Positions 47,836 to 57,773 of a stretch of 64,000 nucleotides of DNA are shown piece by piece. Numbering within the stretch: the first letter of the stretch is position 1; each line of letters begins with the position of its first letter. The notes under the pieces were generated by a model. It searched no databases. It saw only the letters and a program-made list of their open reading frames with translations, and was not told the DNA's origin. Position numbers and translations under genes: made by a program. Source of the stretch: an uncultured delta proteobacterium (GTDB taxonomy: Bacteria > Myxococcota > Myxococcia > Myxococcales > Myxococcaceae); assembly GCA_963771175.1 (NCBI GenBank), contig CAVYSY010000032.1, positions 160,001 to 224,000 of the forward strand, read 5' to 3'.

Positions 47836-48258
47836 TAGAAGCCATAGGGCTGACGAGCCATCACCCGCCCCTCGGGAGACACAGCAAAGACCTCCCACCA
47901 GTCAAGCATCCGGAAGCGCTTGCCCCCACAGCGCTCAAATCGTTGAGCGATGTTGACATAGTAATGGCCTTTCCATGCATACACCGTCGCGCCCAACCCC
48001 GCGGCAGGTGTAGGGACAGCCCTCGAAGAGACCTTGATCTGACCAGAGACGAGCCGTCTCCCGGATCGCCGCTGCTGCAGCCAGCGCGGCCTCTCCGTTG
48101 ATCTCTCCGTTGACCTCGCTCGCGACAGGCTGAAGCTTCGCCAGTTCTTCGGGCGTTGGCCACTGCACCGCTGGCTCTCTGATGCCAAGAAATGGGGCAA
48201 GCACAGCGCACCCGGTAGAGCCCATGGCCACCGCCAGAATCGCGCATGTGAGACGCAT
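47835..48258 (-). CDS. Hypothetical lipoprotein (indel near 48015)
   Basis: MRLTCAILAVAMGSTG-C lipobox; continues in another frame to WEVFAVSPEGRVMARQPYGF. Confidence 0.6.
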
Positions 48259-48382
48259 GACCTGCTCCTTGTGTCCGTGGCGCACGACTCCCAGCCGAGA
48301 AGATCATGAGAGCGTGACACTCCGCGGGCGGTAGGGTTCCTGCCCACCATCCCACAGTCTCGTCCCATCTCGAGGGGAATCC

Positions 48383-48674
48383 ATGAAAGAGGCAGAGGCG
48401 CAAAGCCAGGGGCAGAAGCTCCTCACGGCCGTCGAACGCATCATCTCGGACACGGACAGCCTGATTGAGCTGGCCCAGCAGCACCTGAAACAGGCACAGA
48501 AAAAGAAGCTCACCAGCGAGAGACGGCCTGCTGGCGATGCTCCTCACGATGAACCAGAGCCACCCCTTCATCGCCTGGAGGATGATGAACCTGCTGGAGT
48601 GGGTGGAGCACGGCAACTACCTGGACATCATGGCCGGCCAGTACGAACGCGCCAAGAAGCCCATCGCGGCCTGA
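48383..48674 (+). pseudogene. Deletion chimera: 5' piece of an unknown gene joined to the 3' piece of an M48-like peptidase gene
   Basis: MKEAEAQSQGQKLL...KKLTSE, then out of frame NQSHPFIAWRMMNLLEWVEHGNYLDIMAGQY...stop at 48674. Confidence 0.5.
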
Positions 48675-48746
48675 AGAGCAGTCGATAGATCATTCGCCAG
48701 TGCCGAGCGGACTCAGTTCAGGCCGCGTCGCTTCCGGAGGTGCGCC

Positions 48747-50347
48747 GTGTCCACCCATCATCCTGGCGCTCGCCCTACGGGCGCGCGGCTGGGCCCCTGC
48801 TTCGGAGCCTGGACCCTCATCGTCCTCTTCCAGTTCGCGTGTGCCACGGGCACCCCACGGGGCAGCTTCGTGGCCTACCGCAACAACTCGCTCACGCCCC
48901 CACCAGCACCGAAGGAGCGTGTGGCCGCCACGGCGGAGCCCGGCCTTGAGTCCGCCACCGTGTACGTCGTGGACTTCCTGGAGCCCAGTACCGTCGCCAC
49001 CCGGCCGGTGGCCATTCCCAGGGCCGAGTTCCAGCAGGCCTTCCTGCGCCTCTCCCGCGACGTGCGGCTGGGCGCGAAGGCTCCACGAGAGGCCGCCCAC
49101 GAATTGCTGAGCCTCTTGCCGCCACCAGAAGGCGTCGAGACGGTCGCGGCAACGGGCTACTGGAAGCTGGAGACGTACGCTGGCCAGGGCTACACCTGGA
49201 TACCCGAGCGCCAAGTGGGCCCTGTTGTACTCACCCCACAGGCCGAACAAGCCCTCAAGGAGAAGTACCTGAAGTGGTGTGAGCACCGAGGCGGCGGTGA
49301 CTGCCTGGGCCTGTTGGACGATGACACCTACCTGCGCACGGACGACCGACGCACACTGGCCCTGGCCCTCGCCTTCGGTAACGTCCTCGACGAGACGCGT
49401 GCGGCCCTGGGACGCGAGCTGCTGGACGTGCGGGTGCTCGTCTCCATGGTCGTCTGGACGGTGGCCCTCTACTGCATGATGTGGCTAGTGCCCGAGCCGA
49501 CGACCAAGGTGGTGGCCGCCAGCCTGACCCTCCTCCTGATGGGCTACCTGGGCCTCCAGACGGTGTACGGGCTGATGGACGGCTGGGCCCGCATGGCCGA
49601 CACGGCGCACCACGCCACCACTTTCGAGGAGCTGCGCGCGGCCGGCGAGGAATTCGGGAAGGTGCTGGGCGAGGACGCGGCACGGGCCATGATTCTCGCG
49701 GTGGCCACCCTCAGCGGACACACGCTCGGGCAGGAGGCCGGGGAAGTCGCTCCGGCAACCTCGCGGGGAGGAGCGCAGGGCGGCGCCGCCGTCAGGGCGA
49801 GTTGAGGGCGGAGACGGCGCGGCCGAGCAGTGGCGGCGGGGACGGTGGCCACCTCTCAGGGCCCATGGCGTGCTCAAGGGCGGCGGGAGGAGTCCGCTCC
49901 ACCGAAACAGTCATTCGTCACCGGGGTGGCAACCGGCAAGTGGAGCTCAGCGACGGCCAACGCTGGCACCTGCCACGCGGCAAGTCGGCCGCGGATATTC
50001 CCGCCGAGGACAAGATAGGGGACATGCTCCAGGAGGCCGTCACCCGGGCCGCGAAGGAGTGGGGGCCCGAAAGGCTCTCTGGCGCCGAAAAGCAGGCTAT
50101 CGGCGAGGCCCAGAAGAAGGGCGAATACTGGCTAGCGCGCCTGCTGGAGCGAGAGGCCCGGGGGCGCTTCGTCGAGAACAAGGTACGCGACCAGTTCCAA
50201 CACCTCTACAATTTCAGCCGGAACAAGGGAGTCGATGTGGAAGTCCCTGGAGGCTACAAGTACGAGATTCTCTCCGGCACGGACTCGAATCTGGCGCGGC
50301 ATGGCAGACGCATGGCGGGCGAGTTCTTCCGGATGCTCACCTTCTGA
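48747..50347 (+). CDS. SitA5-like polymorphic lipoprotein toxin (frame disrupted about 49730-49890)
   Basis: Lipobox FA-C; YLKWCEHRGGGDCLGLLDD, ALALAFG, LVPEPTTK, ATTFEELRAAGEEFGKVLG; distinct C-terminal domain. Confidence 0.75.
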
Positions 50348-50358
50348 GAGGGCGGCGG

Positions 50359-50988
50359 ATGCTCTACAACAAGGTCTTCTACCAGGGCCGGGAAATTGAA
50401 AACGAGCGGCTGGAGCTGACCGACAAGGGCTCGCTCTACTTCCTTGGCTCCGGTCTGACGCTGCGCAACTGCACCGTGGTCCTAAAGGTCTCCGGCAGGA
50501 ACCTGTTCCTGACCGGATCTCGATTCATCGACTGTACCTTCGAGGTGAAGCAGGAGTTGAAGAACCATCAGGCCTGGGTGGCCGCGTCTCTGAAGGGCTG
50601 CCGGTTCAAGGGGCGACTGACTGGGTGCGATTTCGGGCACTGGCCCGAGTACAGTAGCCTGCCGGGGTATCAGTTCGGTTCCATCGAGGACTGCGACTTC
50701 TCCGAGGCCCGACTGCACGCCTGCCGCATCATGGGCTCTGACCCCGCCACCATTCGCTTCCCCAAGTGGCCCTGCTTCACCATCCTGGACCCCATCGGGC
50801 GAGCCCCCGAGCTGCGCAGCATCAAGTGGCCGGGCCTGGTCGGCGACGTCATCGTGGATGATCTCCACACCCATCCGTCTCGAACCAAGGCCCTGACCTA
50901 CTACGCACCCATCTTGGCTGAACGGCTTGAGACCACACCCGAAGAGCTCCGGGCCGTCATCGAGAGGTTCGACTGCATCGTCTACTGA
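50359..50988 (+). CDS. Putative immunity protein with beta-helix (pentapeptide-like) repeats
   Basis: 11 bp after the toxin; LRNCTV, FIDCTF, LKGCRF, LTGCDF, IEDCDF, LHACRI. Confidence 0.72.
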   Translation: MLYNKVFYQGREIENERLELTDKGSLYFLGSGLTLRNCTVVLKVSGRNLFLTGSRFIDCTFEVKQELKNHQAWVAASLKGCRFKGRLTGCDFGHWPEYSSLPGYQFGSIEDCDFSEARLHACRIMGSDPATIRFPKWPCFTILDPIGRAPELRSIKWPGLVGDVIVDDLHTHPSRTKALTYYAPILAERLETTPEELRAVIERFDCIVY

Positions 50989-51056
50989 CGGGGCTGTGCC
51001 AAGGTCGCGCGGCACCTTGAGGAGAGCCGCCCGACGCAGCGACAACCGCCAAAGTA

Positions 51057-51087
51057 AGCCCGGTGCTGTCGCTCGCGACGTTCTGAT
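51057..51087 (+). repeat. 31-bp direct repeat, right copy
   Basis: agcccggtgctgtcGctcgcgacgttctgat. Confidence 0.92.
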
Positions 51088-51158
51088 GTGACATTGCGTC
51101 AGGCCTCCGCGCCAGTAACGTCCATGGGCAACCTGTTCCCCCTCACCCGGAGGCGCCC

Positions 51159-52463
51159 ATGACCCGCGGAACCAAGACTCCTGAGCCGGACACGACTGAG
51201 GGAATAGCCCGTCCCCGGGGTTATGAGCAGGTGGACAAGCTGTCCGTTCCCCTGCCCCATGGCACCGAGGTGACCACCCGCGTGGAGCGCGTGGCCGGTG
51301 ACCGGCGCGTCCCCCAGGGCGTGGTGGGCCGCGTGGTACGTGCTCGCGGCGGTGGCTTCGACGTCCAGGTCGTCGGCGTGGGCGAGCTCTGGTACGCCCG
51401 CGACGAGCTGGTGCCTCGCAAGCCGGGCCAGCTCCAGTTCGCGCTCCGGCGCGCCGCCACCTGGGACGCCCTGCGCCCCTGCGTCGTGGTGGAGACCGTG
51501 GTGGGCTCGCAGGCCTGGGGGCTCGCCAACGAGGCCTCCGACGTCGACCTGCGCGGCGTCTTCGGCCTGCCCCTCCCCTGGCACTTCGGCCTCGCCGACA
51601 AGCCCAAGGACCTCGTCAGCGCCGACGGCAGCCACACCTACTGGGAGCTCTCCAAGGCCGTGGAGCAGGCCCTCCGGGCCGACCCCAACACCCTCGAGAT
51701 GCTCTTCGTCCCCAGCGCCCGCGCCTCGGACCCGCTGGGCGAGTGGTTGCTCGCCGAACGCGACGCCTTCGTCTCCAAGGCCATCTTCGGCAGCTTCGGC
51801 CGGTACGCCATGAGCCAGCTCGACAAGCTCACCCGCAGCCAGCGGCTCGCCGAGCACCGCGACCTGGTGCTCGAGTGGCTGTGCGAGGAGCCCGCCCCGA
51901 GTCTCGACGAGGTGGCCCGGCGGCTCGCGGCCATCTCGCCGCGCTCCGCCCCCACTCCCGAGGACGCGCTGCTCGCGGCCAAGACGTACCTCAAGCAGCT
52001 CTACCGCTCGCTCTGGGACCAGGGCCTCATCGAGGCCAACGACTTCGCCGCCCTCACCCGCTATGCGCGCGGCGGCGGCCAGCGGCCCCCCAGCGCTCGC
52101 GAGCTGCGGCCGAAGAACGCCTACAACCTGTTGCGCCTCGTGGTGCTCGCCACGGGGTGGCTGCGGGACGGCGTGCCCACCTTCGAGGTCTCCGGCCACC
52201 ACCGCGAGCGCATGCTGGACATCAAGGCGGGCCGTGTCCCGCTCGAGGAGGTGCTGCGGGACGCGGAGGCCCTGGCACCGGAACTGGAAGAGGCCCACCG
52301 CACCAGCCGGCTCCCGGCGCTCCCCGACTACGGGCGCGCGGACCGGCTGCTGCGCCGCGTGGGCGAGGAACTGGCTCGGCGCTGGGTGATGCAGGAGCCC
52401 GGGCCACTCGGTCGCGACGCTCCCGCGCCGCCGGCCGTCGAATGGAAGGAAGAAGAGTCATGA
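51159..52463 (+). CDS. Pol-beta superfamily nucleotidyltransferase (RlaP/YcgL-like) with extra N-terminal domain
   Basis: VGSQAWGLANEASDVDLRGVF, ADPNTLEMLF, SFGRYAMSQL, KNAYNLLRL, LDIKAG. Confidence 0.88.
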   Translation: MTRGTKTPEPDTTEGIARPRGYEQVDKLSVPLPHGTEVTTRVERVAGDRRVPQGVVGRVVRARGGGFDVQVVGVGELWYARDELVPRKPGQLQFALRRAATWDALRPCVVVETVVGSQAWGLANEASDVDLRGVFGLPLPWHFGLADKPKDLVSADGSHTYWELSKAVEQALRADPNTLEMLFVPSARASDPLGEWLLAERDAFVSKAIFGSFGRYAMSQLDKLTRSQRLAEHRDLVLEWLCEEPAPSLDEVARRLAAISPRSAPTPEDALLAAKTYLKQLYRSLWDQGLIEANDFAALTRYARGGGQRPPSARELRPKNAYNLLRLVVLATGWLRDGVPTFEVSGHHRERMLDIKAGRVPLEEVLRDAEALAPELEEAHRTSRLPALPDYGRADRLLRRVGEELARRWVMQEPGPLGRDAPAPPAVEWKEEES

Positions 52464-53245
52464 CGCGCGAACTGATGACGGAGCACCAGGCCCGGGTGGC
52501 CGACCGCGTGCTCGATGAAGAGTCGGCCCGCCGGGAGCACCTCGTCGTGTCCCTCTCGGGCGCGCACGCGTACGGCTTCCCGTCGCCCGACAGCGACCTG
52601 GATCTCAAGTGCGTCCACATCGCCCCCACCGCGACACTGCTCCGCCTGGAGCAGCGCGGCCCCCTCAACTCCACCGAGCGGCTGGAGGTGGTGGACGGCG
52701 TCGAGGTGGACTACTCGTCCAACGAGCTCGCCCCCGTGCTGCACGGCGTCCTCCAGGGCAACGGCAACTACCTGGAGCGGCTGCTCGGGGCCCACACCCT
52801 GCGCGGCTCCGCCGAGCTGGAGTCGGTGCGCCCCCTGGTGCGCCGCACGCTGTCGCGGCGTCTCCACCGGCACTACCGCGGCTTCGCCCTCGGCCAGCTC
52901 CGCGAGTGGGAGAAGACGGGCTTCCGCTCCACCAAGAAGCTCCTCTACGTGCTGCGGACGACGCTCACCGGCACCCACGCGCTGCTCACCGGCGAGGTGG
53001 AGACGGACCTCACCGCGCTGATGGACCGCTACGGGTTCTCCGAGGCGGGTGAGCTCGTCGCCTGGAAGCGGCGCGGCGAGCGCAGTGAGCTGCCCGAGGC
53101 CGTGTCCGAGCACTGGCGCGGACAGGTGGCTCGGGCCTTCGAGCGGCTCGATGAGGCTCGCGAGCGCTCCGTGCTCCCGGAGGAGCCCGAGGGAGTCGCC
53201 GAGCTGGAGGCGTGGTTGCTCCAGGTCCGGCGCTCGCGGTTCTGA
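52460..53245 (+). CDS. Second Pol-beta superfamily nucleotidyltransferase (RlaP/YcgL-like)
   Basis: SGAHAYGFPSPDSDLDLKCVH, GNGNYLERL, HYRGFA, KKLLYVLR; ATGA overlap. Confidence 0.9.
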   Translation: MTRELMTEHQARVADRVLDEESARREHLVVSLSGAHAYGFPSPDSDLDLKCVHIAPTATLLRLEQRGPLNSTERLEVVDGVEVDYSSNELAPVLHGVLQGNGNYLERLLGAHTLRGSAELESVRPLVRRTLSRRLHRHYRGFALGQLREWEKTGFRSTKKLLYVLRTTLTGTHALLTGEVETDLTALMDRYGFSEAGELVAWKRRGERSELPEAVSEHWRGQVARAFERLDEARERSVLPEEPEGVAELEAWLLQVRRSRF

Positions 53246-53267
53246 GCAGTGCAACCTGGAGGCCCTC

Positions 53268-53991
53268 TCAGGCGTGCTTCCGCTCCAGGTAGTGCTTGCG
53301 GCGCTCCGGGCTGAGCTTCTCGATGGCGTAGCGCAGCATGGTCCTCGGCATCTCCCAGGCATGCCGGTCGAGGAAGGACTCCTCGGCCGCGAGGTCCCGA
53401 TTGCCCACCTCGCGCAGCATCCAGCCGACCGCCTTGTGCATCAGGTCGTGCGGGTCGCTGGAGCAGGAGCCCGGCCAGCTTCAGCGTGTGGCTCGAAGTC
53501 TCCCGCGCGGATGAACGCCAGGGTCGACAGGATCGCGATGCGCCGCTCCCACAGCACCGGCGAGCGCGCCCACTCGGAGAGCCGTGACTGGAGCTCCGGG
53601 TGCTCGAGCAGGTACGCACCGATGAGCCGGGGCGCCACCGTGTCCACCAGGTCCCAGTTGTTCAGCGCCGCCCGGTGCTCGCAGCAGAACGCGAAGAGGC
53701 CGAGCGCTCGGGTTCCTCCGCCGCCTCGAACTTCTCCACGAGGATGACGAAGCCGGTGAACCGGTGCTCGTGGACCTTGCTCCGCAACAGCTCGGACACC
53801 TGCTCCAACGGAAGGTGTTTGTGGCGACGGGCGATCCGTCGCTGCTCGGGCACCGTCACGCCGAGGAACACGTCCCCTTCCCCATACTCTCCCGGGCCCG
53901 TCTTGAAGAACCTCGGAAAGAAGGCGGCCTTCTCGGGGTCGGCCGCGCGTGCCAGCTCGTCCTGGATGATCTGGGCAGAGGGAGTGCTCAC
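53268..53991 (-). CDS. AlkD-family DNA alkylation repair protein (frameshifted)
   Basis: [60 protein letters not shown]. Confidence 0.92.
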
Positions 53992-54039
53992 CTCCCGGAG
54001 TCTGGCCGGATGCCCTCCAAGAGGCTAGCCTCGCCCGCC

Positions 54040-55032
54040 GTGAATTCCGATCCGCTCGACCTCGCCGCCACGCCCGAGCGCCTCCGCGCGCTCGCCGAGG
54101 CGGGAGTCCTGCCGCCCCCGGCCCTGGAGCGCGCCCTGCGGCTCGCCGTGGCCTCTCCGGAGCGGCCCGCCTGGCGGCGATTCCTGTCCACCGTGCTGCT
54201 GGGCTTCGGCTCGCTGCTGGTGCTCTCGGGCGTCGTCTACTTCTTCGCCTACAACTGGGCGGGCCTCCACCGCTTCGGGAAGCTGGGGCTGCTGCTGGCC
54301 GCCATCCTCGCGGCCTGCCTCGCGGCGTGGCGCCTGGGCGAGGGGCTCGCCGGTCAGTTCTCCCTCCTCTTCGCGGCGGTGCTCGTGGGCCCGCTCCTCG
54401 CCGTCTACGGGCAGGCGTACCAGACGGGCGCGGACCCCTATGAGCTGTTCCTCGGGTGGGGCCTGCTCATCCTTCCCTGGGTGGCGCTCGCGCGCTTCGG
54501 ACCCTTGTGGTTGTTGCTGTTGCTCCTCGTGGACACCGGCCTCTCCCTCTTCCGGGTCCAGAACGTCGGTGACGAGGGCACCACGCTGATGCTGATGCTC
54601 GCGCTGGTGAATGGCGGGGCCTGGGCGGCGCACGAGCTCCTCGCGAGCCGCGGCGTGCCCTGGCTGCGCGGCCGGTGGCTGCCCCGGGTGCTGGCGATGA
54701 TGACGATGGCGCCGCTGCTCGCACTGGCGGAGTACGTCGTGGTGAGCCCCTCGGAAGCGGACACCGCGAGCTACGTGGCGCTTGGCCTGCTCGTGGCGGT
54801 GATGGTCGCGGCGTACCTCTTCCACCGCCGGATGCACTCCGAGCTCTTCCTCCTCACCCTGGACGCGGTGAGCCTGATGACGCTGGTCACCACCTTTGTC
54901 GGCCGTCACCTGTTCGAGGAGTTCGACTTCGGGACGAGCGCCTTCTTCCTGATGGCCGCACTCATCATCGGAGAGGTGGCGCTCGCTGTCTGGTGGCTGC
55001 GCGCCGAGGCTCGTGGCCCGGAGGAGCTCTAG
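54040..55032 (+). CDS. DUF2157 membrane protein
   Basis: GVVYFFAYNW, LAVYGQAYQTGADPYELFLGW. Confidence 0.88.
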   Translation: MNSDPLDLAATPERLRALAEAGVLPPPALERALRLAVASPERPAWRRFLSTVLLGFGSLLVLSGVVYFFAYNWAGLHRFGKLGLLLAAILAACLAAWRLGEGLAGQFSLLFAAVLVGPLLAVYGQAYQTGADPYELFLGWGLLILPWVALARFGPLWLLLLLLVDTGLSLFRVQNVGDEGTTLMLMLALVNGGAWAAHELLASRGVPWLRGRWLPRVLAMMTMAPLLALAEYVVVSPSEADTASYVALGLLVAVMVAAYLFHRRMHSELFLLTLDAVSLMTLVTTFVGRHLFEEFDFGTSAFFLMAALIIGEVALAVWWLRAEARGPEEL

Positions 55033-55034
55033 CC

Positions 55035-56135
55035 ATGGCGTTCAAGCCCTCGCTGCGGAACGTCGTCTCCCAGCTCCAGGCGGAAGGAGTCCTACCCGTC
55101 GATGCGGAGTCCCTGGCGCGCGCCGCGCTCGCCACCCGTCCGGATTTCGCCACCGGCATGCCCTGGTTCGTGCGCGTCCTCACCGGGTTCGGTGCGTGGC
55201 TGGCCTCCTTGTTCCTGCTCACCTTCCTCTCCCTCGCGGTGGTGGTGGGCGAGGAGGTGGGAGCCATCATCCTGGGCCTGCTCCTCACCGGAGGCGCCGC
55301 CTTCCTGCGCCGCCTGGGGAACAATGTGTTCCTCACCCAGCTCGCCCTGTCCCTCGGCCTGGCCGGACAGGGTCTCTTCATCGGTGGCGTGGGCATGCTG
55401 ACCGACAGCGGGGAGGCGGCGGCACTCGCCACCGTCCTCGTCCAGGCGGTGCTCGTCTTCCTCTATCCGGATGCCATCCAGCGCTTCCTCTCCTCGCTGT
55501 TCGCCAGCCTCGCACTGCTGATCCTGCTGCGCCTCTGGGGACTCGGCCTGGTGGTGGACGTGACGCTGGTGGGCCTCACCGTGCTCGCGCACCTGCTCTT
55601 CCTCCAGCAGAGCCGATTGCAGGCCGGACGCTGGGGCGAGCTGGTGATGCCCGCGGCCTTCGGGCTCGTCACCACGCTCTTCTCGGCGCTGCTGCTGCGC
55701 ACCTGGTTCCATGAATTCTACAAGGACCTCTTCCGCCATGGCTCGGCGGAGCTGCCTCCCGGCGTGCTGACGTTGGGCCTCGCCGTGGTGACGCTGTACT
55801 CCGCCTGGCGCGTGCTGGAAGAGGTGGGAGTGGAAGCCGGTGGCGCCGCGGGGGTGACGACCTTCGCCGCGCTGGCGCTCCTGGCGCTCCTCACCCTCCA
55901 GACACCCGGAGTCATCGCCGCGGCCGGCGTGTTGCTGCTCGGCTTCCACCGGCGAAGCGTGGTGCTGCTCGGCATGGCCGTGGTCTTCATCCTCACGTTC
56001 GGTGTGAGCTACTACTACGACCTCCAGCTCACCCTGCTGGCCAAGTCGCTCGCGCTGCTCGGCAGTGGCCTCTTGTTGCTCGGCCTGCGGTTCTTCACCC
56101 TGCGCCGCTTCCCCGCGGCCGAGGAGGTGCGCTGA
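55035..56135 (+). CDS. DUF4401 membrane protein
   Basis: PWFVRVLTGFGAWLA, YYYDLQLTLLAKS. Confidence 0.88.
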   Translation: MAFKPSLRNVVSQLQAEGVLPVDAESLARAALATRPDFATGMPWFVRVLTGFGAWLASLFLLTFLSLAVVVGEEVGAIILGLLLTGGAAFLRRLGNNVFLTQLALSLGLAGQGLFIGGVGMLTDSGEAAALATVLVQAVLVFLYPDAIQRFLSSLFASLALLILLRLWGLGLVVDVTLVGLTVLAHLLFLQQSRLQAGRWGELVMPAAFGLVTTLFSALLLRTWFHEFYKDLFRHGSAELPPGVLTLGLAVVTLYSAWRVLEEVGVEAGGAAGVTTFAALALLALLTLQTPGVIAAAGVLLLGFHRRSVVLLGMAVVFILTFGVSYYYDLQLTLLAKSLALLGSGLLLLGLRFFTLRRFPAAEEVR

Positions 56136-56638
56136 TGCGCGCCCGCGTCATCTTCGGGGGCCTCGCCCTGGTGGTGGTGGCCCTGGTGGTGCTCGTCGTC
56201 CGCAAGGAGCAGGTCCTGGCCCACGACACGACCGTGCTGCTGGAGCTCGCCCCGGTGGACCCGCGCTCACTGATTCAGGGCGACTACATGGTGCTCGACT
56301 ACGCCGTCAGCCGACAGGTGGACCGGGAGGGAGAGGCTTGGGACGAAGCGCCTCGAGAGGGACGCCTCGTGCTCCGCCTCGATGAACAGGGAGTGGGGCA
56401 CTTCGTCCGCGAGGAGCAGCCGGGCACCCCGCTCGCCCCGGGCGAGCTGCTGCTCCGCTACAAGGTGAGCAAGGGCCGCGTCCGCCTGGGCGCCGAGTCC
56501 TTCTTCTTCCAGGAGGGACATGCGGACCGCTACGCCGGGGCGAAGTACGGCGAGCTGCGGGTGGCCGGGGACGGCTCCAGCGTGCTGGTGGGTCTGCGGG
56601 ATGCCGAGCGCCAGCCGCTTGGGCGCGCCGTGCAGTGA
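56135..56638 (+). CDS. GDYXXLXY domain protein
   Basis: LAPVDPRSLIQGDYMVLDY, SFFFQEG. Confidence 0.93.
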   Translation: MRARVIFGGLALVVVALVVLVVRKEQVLAHDTTVLLELAPVDPRSLIQGDYMVLDYAVSRQVDREGEAWDEAPREGRLVLRLDEQGVGHFVREEQPGTPLAPGELLLRYKVSKGRVRLGAESFFFQEGHADRYAGAKYGELRVAGDGSSVLVGLRDAERQPLGRAVQ

Positions 56639-56646
56639 GCAGGGAC

Positions 56647-57735
56647 TCACGCCCGGCGCAGTGTGATGACCGCGAGCTCGGCCGGAGCGCCCAGCCGCGC
56701 GGGCGGTCCGGTAGTGCCGACGCCACGGTTCACGTAGAGCCACGAGCGACCCCGCCGATACAGCCCCGCGGTCCAGCGGGTCATGAACCGTGCCAGTGAG
56801 AGGAGACGGACGCCTGGGAACGCGAGCTGCCCGCCGTGCGTGTGGCCCGAGAGCGTCAGCTCGACGCCGTGGGCCTCTGCCTGGGGGAACAGGTTGGGAT
56901 CGTGCGCGAGCAGCACGGTGGGGACGCCCTCCGGCCGACTCGCGAGCGCCTGCCCCACATCGTCGCGCTCGGTCCAGGTGTCGTCCACACCCGCGACATA
57001 CAGGCGAGCATCGCCCCGCCGCATCACCACACCTCGGTTGCGGAGGACGGTCAGTCCCTGGCGCTCCAGCTCCCGGGCGAGGTGCTCGCCATCGGTGAAG
57101 TAGTCGTGGTTGCCCATGCAGGCGAACGCGCCATCCTTCGCGCGCAGCCCCCCGAGCGCCCGCGCGACCGCCTCGACGTGCGAGGAACCATGGGTGATCA
57201 AATCTCCGGTGACGGTCACCAGGTCGAGGTCGAGCGCGTTGAGGCGTGCGACCCAGGAGCAGACCCGGTTCTCGGAGACATGTGGCCCGCAGTGCACGTC
57301 GGAGATCTGGCCGATGCGATAGCCGTCCAGCGCTGGCGGGAGCCCCTCTATACGAACCACCCGCTTGCGAAGCCTCGGCCGGCCGAGAACCGCGTCCGTG
57401 CCCAGGACGACCGCGATGGTTCCGGCCAGGCCCCAGGTGGCGCTCATGGGCATGCCCGCCCGCACGGCCAGCGCGGCAGGGGCCATGAGCAGATCGAACA
57501 TCGCACAGGCCGACCACCAGCCCAGCGCCAGATAGGTCGATAGCGCGGGAGCCGTGGTGTGCCAGGGGCTCTGCAACTGGCGCAGGTACGGCACCGAGAC
57601 CAGCACCGCGACCACCGCGGGCAGGGGCGTATGGGTCACCCAACAGAGCCAGAGCACCGCGGGAAGCTGGACGAGGGTAACGAGGAGGGCCGCGAGCAGA
57701 TGGAAGCGACCCCGGAGCCGGCTTCTGCTGGACAT
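56647..57735 (-). CDS. Membrane-anchored metallophosphoesterase (YkuE-like)
   Basis: SDVH, TGD, GNHD, LAHDP, GHTHGGQ. Confidence 0.93.
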   Translation of the reverse strand: MSSRSRLRGRFHLLAALLVTLVQLPAVLWLCWVTHTPLPAVVAVLVSVPYLRQLQSPWHTTAPALSTYLALGWWSACAMFDLLMAPAALAVRAGMPMSATWGLAGTIAVVLGTDAVLGRPRLRKRVVRIEGLPPALDGYRIGQISDVHCGPHVSENRVCSWVARLNALDLDLVTVTGDLITHGSSHVEAVARALGGLRAKDGAFACMGNHDYFTDGEHLARELERQGLTVLRNRGVVMRRGDARLYVAGVDDTWTERDDVGQALASRPEGVPTVLLAHDPNLFPQAEAHGVELTLSGHTHGGQLAFPGVRLLSLARFMTRWTAGLYRRGRSWLYVNRGVGTTGPPARLGAPAELAVITLRRA

Positions 57736-57773
57736 GAGAACAGGTGTTTAACGTGCTCGCACCCGGCCCGCCG

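Larger units (their letters stand above)
47805..51087. mobile_element. Small island bounded by direct repeats (no integrase inside)
   Basis: 30/31 identical flanking repeats; lower-GC, atypical-codon cargo including a toxin/immunity pair. Confidence 0.65.

Noticed and set aside
47805..51087. Active prophage or IS element
   Set aside because: No integrase, transposase, terminal inverted repeats or phage genes
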